Shown piece after piece: positions 54,640 to 64,000 of a stretch of DNA of 64,000 nucleotides. This DNA is from the human T2T-CHM13v2.0 reference genome, Homo sapiens. The notes under the pieces are model-generated. The model did not search any database and was not told where the DNA came from. It was given only the letters and a program-made list of their open reading frames with translations. The stretch lies in the NCBI RefSeq assembly GCF_009914755.1, contig NC_060932.1; one strand, written 5' to 3'. Position numbers and translations under genes: made by a program. Numbering within the stretch: the stretch's first letter is position 1; every line of letters begins with the position of its first letter.

Positions 54640-54820
54640 TCAGTATCTTATTGAATTTGTGCAACACTCAGTAAAGTCTTATCACCCATTATATACCTGA
54701 GGAAACTTAAGCTCATGGAGGTTAAGTGACTTGTGCAAAGTTACAAAGCCCATAAGGGGCAGATGTAGACATTTTACCAAGGTCTATCCTGATCCAAAGC
54801 CCGTGCTGCTTCCTCAGCAA
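54640..54820 (-). mobile_element. MIR
   Basis: tgaggaaacttaagctcatggaggttaagtgacttg core. Confidence 0.7.
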
Positions 54821-57284
54821 AAGGAGCTTGAACATCATAGCTGGGCTTCCTGGTTTGTAAGTTTAGAAAAGCAGCTCCAAGCAGGACTAGCATTCTTCTG
54901 GGAAACAAAATAGAAAGACGGTCTATGTGACAGAAACATGCAAGGTTGCAAGAGCTCAGCATCTAGCTGCAGGCTGTGAACCTTTTTATTAAACAAAACA
55001 AAGATTCTGGTCTAACTTCTTACATAAATCATCATTGTTCTGCTTAATGGGGCTGCCATAAACCTAATAACCCGAAGGATTTGCAAGCATTTTAATGAAA
55101 AATACACTGGTATTTCAGAGGAAAGTAATTGGGCTCAGGGGGACAGAGTTTGGATATAAAGGAGATTTATCCTTGGTAGTCAACAATGAGCTCTGTTACC
55201 TGGGAGATGTAACACATTAGCAGAGATGAGTTTATGTGATAAGCTACTGCCAATGAAAAGCAGAGCCTGAAGACAAGTAGAAGGGCACAGGAGAAATGAT
55301 TTTTATGAAGGATAATAAGAGGTGGTCGGTAAGGGGAAAGGAAGGAAGGTGAGTTGCCTTGCAAAGAGATAAAGTCTGCCCCAAGAATGCTGGATTGACT
55401 AAGGAAGTGTATTGGATTTGCAGTTAGAAAGCTGTTAATCTATGACTAATATGTGTGGGTTTAAAAGGTAAAGTAACAAAATTCTTATTCTTTGGTGCTT
55501 GTAGAATAGGTATCCACATATTCTAATCTCCATAGCCTGATAGGTTAATAAAACCTCAGTCCATGGTTTTGGTTATTGTCCCTGGAGCCAAGTGAGAGTT
55601 TTTTAAATTTCTGATTTATGATTTTTTTGGTACTTTTTGTATTTGTGTTAGCTTTGGAGTTTGTACTGCTTGCTCATTTGTGTTGTAGAGACAAGCTAGG
55701 CTCAGAATTCTCCGATGGGCTTTGTTTGGTCTCCTGTAATCTGGTAACAGGCCTAACCCCCACTCCACAGCTGAGACATTGGAGAGCCTTGCTCCTTAGG
55801 CACAATGACTGCAGAGATGGGCACACAAAACAAAGCAAATCCATCTGAGGGCTGTCACTGGGATTTTTCAGATTTAAGCAGATTATGAAACTGTTACAAT
55901 GTAGCACTGTAAACTGTTGCTAGTCACATTACCAGCAGATGGAGACATCCAGTGAGCAGCAGGAGAGAATAAAGGTGATATAAGGGAGACAGGACTGAAT
56001 GACAATGGTGTTTAAGTTGTGGCTGAAACGTCGAGGTCCCAGATGGTCCACAGTTCATGCAGCTTTGATCCTTTTAACAAGTGCTTCTGTCACTTATAAC
56101 CCAAGTCCTTAGTTTGTCATGCAGGTGTAATGCTGGTGATTCAAACATAGGGGAAACGTCTTTAAACTCTCCTTTTCCAAATCCATTGCCTGTAGAAATC
56201 AAAGCTGCACTCCTTCTCCTCACTTTCCACCTCTTCCACCAAAGACATTAGCTAACTCTTGGGAAGTTTGTGTTATCTTTGCCACTCTAGTGACTGGGAC
56301 CCAGCCTCTTTACATATTACCTGTATTACACGATGAACAGACCACACAACTGGACAACCTTGTCTGTGGACAGCCTCCATAAAATTCACTCATCCAAGCA
56401 CACAGGGTTTAGCAGGCCCCACACTGAAGATTTGATGGAGTCCTACAATACAGCCATGCCACATACCACATTGCCTTTTCATTTTCTCCCATTCCCCCAT
56501 ACCTTTTTCTCTCTCATATTTACAGCAGTATTTTTTTCATTAAAAACCCAAGTAGTTTGTTGGGATTGCATTTCTTCCTCTGTGAGTACAATAGCTTGCC
56601 CTAATGCCACTCAAAGGGAAAATTAAGGTTAACATGCTCAACTTCATGCTAGGTGCCACTAGTGTAGTACTGAACCATGCCTTTCTTCTGAAAAAATTTA
56701 TTTTTCTCAGGAATTCTGAAATTTGTTCTTTTGCATTAATTTTATTTAGCATACTCTTGAGTTTTTTCTAAGCTCAAACATTTATTTTATTCTATAAAGT
56801 CTTCCTCTATCCTAAAGCTCTCCCTCTTAGAGCCCTCTGTACTTCTGTTCCTAATTGGACTGGTTGCTCTTTAATCCACTACACCACAATCCACATGAGA
56901 CCCTTTTTACTTTTTATTTGGGCTTACTGTTTTCAGTATTTCACGCGTGTCCCTCTCTTGGTTCATTTTCTCATTTTGTTGGACTATATGCTTATAATGA
57001 AGATATTCAACTTTCTGAAAATTTACATGTAGGAAAATTTATTTATTCTGCCCTTACATTAAATTAATAATTTGTTGGACAGAAATTTCTAGATTGGAAA
57101 TAACTTTAAGACAGAATTTTGAATTTACTATGCCATTATTTTCCACTCTCCAATACATGTGAAAAAACTTGTTGTCAATATGACTCTTAATTCCTTGTAA
57201 ATGACTTTTTGTCTTTGAACTTTTCAGAATCAGTATTTAATCTTGATATTGTGAAAGTTTATGACACTATCTAGGTGTGGCCTT

Positions 57285-57679
57285 TGACATAGTTTGGATG
57301 TGTGTCCCCTTCAAAGGTGACCTCCAGTGTTGGAGGTTGGCCTAGTGGGAAGTGTTTGGGCCATGGGGGTGGATCTCTTATGAATGGCTTCGTGCCATCC
57401 CCGTGATAATGAGTGAGTCCTTACTCTGGTAATTCACACCAAAGCTGTTTGTTTAAAGGAGGCCAGCACCTCCTCCTTTCTCTTGTTCCCTCTCTTGCCA
57501 TGTGACAAGCCTGTTCCCCCTTCATCTTCTGCCATGAGTAAAAGCTTCTTCATCAGAAGAGCAAATGCTGATGCCACACTTGTACACCCTGCAGAACTGT
57601 GAGCCAAATAAACCTCTTTTCTTTATACATTACCCAGTTTCCAGTATTCCTTTACAGTAACACAAAATGGACTAATAAA
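57285..57679 (+). mobile_element. MSTB-like solo LTR
   Basis: tgacatagtttggatg...cctgcagaactgtgagccaaataaacc...ggactaata. Confidence 0.87.
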
Positions 57680-57812
57680 ATCTTTCTGTACTTATTTATG
57701 CTGGACTATAGGTGGGTCTTTTTAGCCTGAAGACTCTTCAATTCTGGGAAATTCTTTTCTATAATTGGTTGGCTAATCCTCACCACTACTACCTTCACTA
57801 CCACAAGTTATT

Positions 57813-58221
57813 CATTATTGTTTAAAATAAATGGGCAAGCTGCCACTGTTAATTTTCTGTTGTATAGGGTATCTTGGTCTTTCTTCTGACCAGGTCTCTC
57901 TTCAGCATAAAAAATTTGACCAGGAACTCCAGTGAGGAAATTCAGGGTATAGCCATTGGTATAATCTCCTTCATTGTAAGCCAATAGAGAACCTATTGTG
58001 AAGCTACACATCTGCCCAAAATCTGGGATGAGAAATATTTTTCTTGGAAGCATCACAATCTTTGGAAGCCTTAGTTGTCTCCAGATAATCTTTTTTTTCT
58101 TTTTAGTAATAATAATAAAGGCAACACAAGTCACGCCTTGGAGAAGTGCCATCTTCTTGTGATCCATGAATAGGGTAGAGGAAAAAATGGGCGCCCATAT
58201 ACAGGTACAGTTGGCCCATAT
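57813..58221 (-). pseudogene. Retroposed orphan insert; candidate endogenous bornavirus-like nucleoprotein (EBLN-like) C-terminal fragment
   Basis: Direct repeat caagttatt at 57804-57812 and 58222-58230. With two frameshifts it reads DMGQLYLYMGA/IFSSTLFMDHKKMALLQGVTCVAF/YYY*KEKKDYLETTKASKDCDASKKNISHPRF, resembling recalled BoDV-1 N. Alignment by eye only. Confidence 0.5.
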
Positions 58222-58708
58222 CAAGTTATTTAATTAATCCCTCTGATTTCAGCCTCATTAGCTTTCCCACCTAACTGAATCTGAGCCCAGAGTTTCCCTG
58301 GGGTTCCATTTTGGTAAATTGGCTCCTATCTCTTCAGTGGTCCTCTCCTAGTGTATTACAGCTATTTTTTTCTTGTTTCATCATCAACCGACTTCCAACT
58401 TGTCTTTCAGAAATTATTTTGAAAGATTCTTAATTTGCTATCTTTCTATTTATTTTGAGGCTGATCTTCAGGTTTTTACTATCCATTTGTATGATCATTT
58501 CATATTTGACTTTTTGTCATAATTGTAGCAAATATACCTTTCTTATACATTGTCTTATTTCAAACAGAATTTAAGGTAGAGATTGCTTTTAAGATACATA
58601 TACTTAGATAACAAAAATAAACAATGAAATTAAGATGTATTTAAAAGCTTCAATCTATAACACTAATTTAGGAAGCCATATATTCTAGATACCAGGCAAT
58701 CAGACAGC

Positions 58709-59236
58709 AGTAATAGACAGAATAATGCCTCCAACAAAGATGTTCACATCCTTATCTCCAGAACCTGTGAATATGTTATATTACATGACAAAGAAACATT
58801 AAGGTTGGAGAGGGAATTAAGGTTACTAATCTGATAACTTTAAGATGGAGAGATTACCCTGGATTACCTGTGTGGGCCCAATGCCAGTGTAATCAAAATG
58901 GCCCTGAAAAGTAGATGAGGGAAGCAGAAGAATTAGTGTCAGAACAATGATGCAGCATGAAAAAAATCTGACCAGCAATTGCTAACTTTGAAGATGGAAG
59001 AGTGCCATGACCCATATAAGCAACTTCTAGAAGCTGCAAAAGGCAAGGAAACAGATCCTCTTCTAGAGCCTCCCAAAGGAATGCTATCATGCCAACACCT
59101 TGATTTTAGCCCAATGAGGCCGATTTTGGACTTCTGATCTCCAGAATCTAAGATATTAAATTTGTGTTGTTTAAAGTCATCAAGTTTGTGGTATATTGTT
59201 ATTTTAGTAATTTGTTACATTTGGAAACTAAGATAT
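58709..59236 (+). mobile_element. MLT1D-like LTR
   Basis: cagaataatgcctccaacaaagatgttcacatcc...aaggcaaggaaacagat...ggaaactaa. Confidence 0.85.
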
Positions 59237-60605
59237 CAATAAATATACCAAGTTAAAGAATCTCTCTAGGATTACTACTGAGATTATCATTCTGGAGTCT
59301 AGAATGTACAAGACCAGATAGGGAGTACAATTTAGACAATGCTATCTTTTGGCCCATTACTTCATCTGGGTGAAAACAGAATAATGGCATCGACATATAA
59401 TAGTTTTTATTTTTTAATGTAGTTTTTCAAATACTATTCTTGGAGAAAATTGAGAAAACAATTGCCAGAAGCTTCTCTTTAAGCAACCTTAAGTGTGTAT
59501 GACAGTGTTGAATTATCTCATTTGTTAAAAGTAACATTTCTAACCCAATCCATGATATTTGGTGTTTGTCATGGACTACTGGAGTTTCTAATTCCACATA
59601 AGTTTGAAAAGCTTGCATCACTTGCCTTTAGACTGCTGTCAGACCTAGGATCAATAATTGTTAACCACATTTGGTAGGGGACAGATGGCTTGCACTACTC
59701 CTTTCTCTAACTCTACACTGAGTCAATTCTTATGAATCATGATTCCAAAGTCCTGCCAGAAATGCAATGGAAAACACTGGTTAAAGCACTACTGGAGAAG
59801 TTCACTCACGTAAAAAAAAATGTCTTCACAACTGTCTCCACAGTAGGCAGACTCAAAAATAGGTCAACAAACTTTCCTGCTTCGTTAATGACTCATCATG
59901 GACACCAGGTAGATCAGAGAGCTTAGCCTACTGCTATCTTTGTAAAACAAGATCTTTGGGTAAGTAAACAAGTACTTGTAGCCCGGGATTCAACAAAAGT
60001 CAGAATGATACCTTAAGAAAAACACATCAAGGGAGGTTAAAACAAAACAAAACAAGATTTGGAGAAAGGAAAGTAAAAAAAATGAAAGAAACATAGCCTA
60101 AAGGAAGATTGCTCATGAACAGGTGAATGGCAGTTTTTCTTCTCTTTGTACCAAGTTATAATAACCCTTTTAGGCCTAATTAGGAATTATCACACAGCTG
60201 GGATGAGTCACTCTGTCGGTCAGGGGAAACCATTCAAAAGCATTCATTTGGAAGGAATTCAAAAACTGTGTGCTATGAAAATCACAGTACAGATTATCCT
60301 GACCCACCTCACAAAGCACAGGCGAAAATCACCAGCTTCTAAAATCATACAAAAGTTTTCCCATTGATTTGAATATTTTTACTTATTTTCCTAAAACCTC
60401 TGTCTCTGAAGATACTGAATACTGACAATTGCAGAAACAGGTAACCAAGCAGCAAAAGAAAAGCAATGACTGAGAAGTACATTTGTGCCCCAAACTCCAT
60501 TTGCCTAAAATTCTAGAGACTTGGGACACATATGACTTAAGTCATCACCACAATTACCAAAAAGTACATAAACAATTTACTAGCTGTGTGTGCAAAGCAG
60601 GTTTT

Positions 60606-60872
<267 letters not shown>

Positions 60873-60889
60873 CAAAGCAGGTTTTAAGT

Positions 60890-61090
60890 GGCTGAGAGTT
60901 CAGCAAAGTCTAGACTGCCTTGGTTCAAATCCAGGTTCTGCCATTTACTATGTAATTCAGACAGATCACTTAACTTCTCTGTGTCCCAGTTTCTTCTTCC
61001 GTAAAATAGGGTTGGTATGAAAAAATAGTTAATAAGTGCTAGAACAGTGGCTGGTATATAGTAGCTACTATCTATGTATTAGCTGTAATT
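60890..61090 (+). mobile_element. MIR
   Basis: agactgccttggttcaaatcc...cacttaacttctctgtgtcccagtttc. Confidence 0.8.
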
Positions 61091-61677
61091 GTAATTAAGA
61101 AATAGAATTTTGAAATGTCTGTAGCTCTTTGCACATTAAGGCAAAGATTTCAACCTGTCATTTAGATAAATGTGTAAATTTAAGATGCTATTGTCTATTT
61201 TATGTTTCAAGATCTCAAGGGTTTTCTGTTTCTGAAAGGAGAATTCTCTGTCCTTACCTTGCAGAAAATTTTCAAAGAAATTTAAAAGGCTGGAACTTTC
61301 AACACAAAATGTCCCAAATTAAAGACAATGTATCCCTTCTATAACTTGTTCCTAATCCTGAATGTATGATAAAAGATAAATCTGTACTACATTTTCTTCC
61401 TTCTTTTTGCTTATTTGCTACTATTGTCTATTTGTCCTCTTTTTGACAGTAAAGACTATTACCATGTTTCTTGTCTGCATACTTTTACAGATGAACCCTT
61501 TTAAGCACCACTTTAATTTCACTACTCTCTAGCCCAAAACTTTCCACAGTTCCCTACTGTCTTCAAGATAAACTCTGAGATCTTTAGCTTGTTTAAGGCT
61601 GTACTCAATATAGCCTCAATCTAATGTTCCGACCTTATTTCTTCCTACTCCTTTCTCATAAAGCCAATACTCTATCA

Positions 61678-61897
61678 CAATGGGTTCTCAACTGTGGATG
61701 ATTTTGCCTCCCAGGGAACATTTGGCAATGTCTGAAGACATTTCCTTGTTACAACTGAGGAAGCATGCTACTGGTTGGTATCTTGTAGGTAGAGGCTGGG
61801 ATGCCACTAAAGGTCATACAATGTCTAGGACAACCTCTGACAACCAAGAATTATCCAGCCAAAAATGTCAATAAGTGTTGAGTGTGAGAAACCCTGC
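61678..61897 (-). mobile_element. MER20 within L2 fragments
   Basis: ggttctcaac...catttggcaatgtctgaagacattt...tgagaaaccctg. Confidence 0.8.
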
Positions 61898-62189
61898 TCG
61901 AGCCAAATGTAATAGCTATTTCACATACCTGCTTAAATTTCCTGCTTCTGTGCTTTATTTTTCCAATGATACTCCTTCTGCCTGGAATTGATATATTCTT
62001 CAACATTACTTTATCATCTGTTCATTTATTGAGCATCTATCATATGACAGTCCTTATAAAGGTGAACAAGCCATTCCCTATCCTAAAGAAGCTCAGACTC
62101 TCATAGAGCCTATATGACTCTTCTTGTACACGCATGTCCAAGTAGTACCATTTTTTCAAGATTTATAATTACGATTTGAATAATAAGTT

Positions 62190-62395
62190 ATCATTTGAGT
62201 GCTAACTCTGTGCTAAACATTGTTCCACGTATGAACTCATTTAATTCTTACATTAATTCTATAGAGCAGGTACAATTATTACCTCCCTTTTACAGATGAG
62301 GAAACAAAGAGAAACTACAAAGTCACCCAATCTTATGGTTAGTAAATGGCAAAGCTGGGACTTGAACCTATGCAGTAGCTAGGTGCTCAACCATT
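62190..62395 (-). mobile_element. MIR
   Basis: ttttacagatgaggaaac core. Confidence 0.75.
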
Positions 62396-63476
62396 GTCAC
62401 AGTTTACTGCTGTCATCACTAACCCTCGATTACCTAGCTGCTTCATCCTGGCCCGCCTCATCCCTGAAACTTTCAGAATTGTGCTTTCTGCCTTTGACAG
62501 TTGCCTTTGGGAGACTCAGCCACTAAGAGCAGCTTACTCCAATAGGGCAGCAACCTGCAGCTCCCCTCAGATGTAGTGCTTTATTGTTACACACTGTGGT
62601 GGCCCTTGGAGAGCCTCTGGCTCCAGTATCACCAACTGTCTTTAGCCCCAACACTGGTACCTGCAGGCATGAAGAGAACCATCCCCATACCTCTCAGGCA
62701 ACAGGAATTCATTCCAGGCTCCTTACCTCACTTCCTCATTGTTGCCCTACTACCAAACCATCTGTCCACACTGCCCTTTACCCTGCTCCACTGGGTAGGT
62801 GGGAAAGCCTGACGGCTAAGCAGACATCCAACTAGGAAATAAATGCAGTCCACTCTTCTTAACATCCCCAAACTTTATAAGAATCTCTCAGCATCTCTTT
62901 GCAGAAGAAAAATATTCAGGCACTTCCTCTCACCCTCACCAAATGTCAAATTCATCTCAGTCCTCTAAAATCATCTGGAGGGAGTAGGGGTATGAGTGAT
63001 GTTACCATCACTGTAGGTTCCACTAAACAATGGCCTCTCAGCAAGCCCTGGTGCCTTCAATATCGGGTGGTTACCCAAGTCTACAGGGTAGGGTCCTTAG
63101 CAAACTTCTTCTTTCTGTGAGCTTTAATGGTCAATCACAGGGAAAAAAACTCATTTAACACCCAGTATCATGCTGTTACAATTTATTTCTTATCTAACAC
63201 TTGTATATTCTTTAAGACATTATAAACTCTTCTGAGGAAACCACCATGTACTAAAAATTGGGCACACTATGTAACATATAACTCTCATTCATAATAACTA
63301 TGAGGAATGTAGCATTGTCTCCATTTTACAGAGTCGGTATTGGGGGAAGTCTGACTCCCTAAATCATGTTAATTTTAGAAAACAAAATTCCTTGAAGATT
63401 TGTGTTTACATTTTGATCCTCCTCTGCACTAGCAAAGTTACACGGGAGCATACAGCTGTTAAGAAGTAATGATCAT

Positions 63477-63843
63477 GAGCTGGGCATGGTGGCTCACGCC
63501 TGTAATCCCAGCACTTTGGGAGGCTGAGGCAGGCAGATTGCTTGAGCCCAGGAGTTCAAGACCAGCCTGGGCAACATCATGCAATCTGTCTCTATAAAAA
63601 ATAAAAAAAAAAATTAGCCAGGAGTGGTGGCATGTGCCTGTAGTCCTAGCTACTCAGGAGGCTGAGGTGGGAGGATAGATTGAGCCCTGCAGGTTGAGAC
63701 TACAGTGAGCCATGAAGCTGTGATTGCACCACTACACCACTGCACTCCAGCCTGGGTGACAGCAAGATCCTGTCTCCCGCTCCGTGCCACTGCCCCCCCC
63801 CCCCAAAAAAAAAGAATGAAAGAAAAGAGAAAAAGAAAGAAAG
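63477..63843 (+). mobile_element. AluJ with atypical GC-rich/poly-C segment before the tail
   Basis: J-type ttgcttgagcccaggagttcaag; flanks tgatcatg/tgatcacg. Confidence 0.9.
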
Positions 63844-63852
63844 AGTGATCAC

Positions 63853-63972
63853 GGAGAAGGGCCACTTGGTGGAGCAGTTGGAACATACACAGCCTTTACA
63901 GATTAAATTCACTGTCTCATATTGGTGCAGTTTATGGTGCCCCAAAACAATTAGAATAGAAACATCAAAGAT
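63853..63972. mobile_element. Tigger2-family fragment, followed by the start of an Alu at 63975
   Basis: ggtggagcagt...tggtgccccaaaacaatta...aacatcaaagat. Confidence 0.75.
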
Positions 63973-64000
63973 TGGGCTGGGCGTGGTGGCACATGCCTGT

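Larger units (their letters stand above)
56660..58500 (-). mobile_element. Old LINE (L1M/HAL1-like) fragments hosting an MSTB LTR and the 57813-58221 insert
   Basis: T-rich antisense ORF1-type text (ctagattggaaataact, tcttcaattctgggaaatt). Confidence 0.5.

Noticed and set aside
55932-55945. ccagcagatggaga CTCF-like word
   Set aside because: Mismatch at the conserved GGC position; unsupported without ChIP data.
57880-58012. CSFTIGSLLAYNEGDY...EERPGQKK loosely resembles recalled bornavirus glycoprotein CHRVNVTFMAWNESTY...EARPGLKR
   Set aside because: It needs gaps and cannot be collinear with the longer N-like match in the same insert. Treated as probable chance, though the same profile search would test it.
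58120-58170. Superficial resemblance to reverse U6 snRNA
   Set aside because: The match does not extend beyond a few short words.

Overview
Hominoid (human-like) genomic DNA, AT-rich and made almost entirely of interspersed repeats. I recognise no protein-coding gene; nearly all ORFs in the track are repeat-derived or chance. The main structure is a MER61 (ERV1) provirus at 41327-54314. It carries a full-length antisense L1PA7/8-type LINE, which itself holds a solo LTR13, plus a separate AluY. Around it are MaLR and ERVL LTRs and internal relics, old L1M/L2/MIR fragments, hAT and Tigger relics and several Alus. Four things stand out. (1) A 409-nt insert at 57813-58221 between 9-bp direct repeats whose minus-strand translation resembles, by eye, the C-terminus of bornavirus nucleoprotein (candidate EBLN-like endogenous viral element). 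(2) An old patchwork insertion at 12077-12521 built from inverted copies of nearby DNA on both sides. (3) Two TSD-defined L1 3' transductions. (4) Candidate exons of a minus-strand spliced transcript. Family names come from recalled consensus sequences, not a database search; boundaries without TSDs are approximate.
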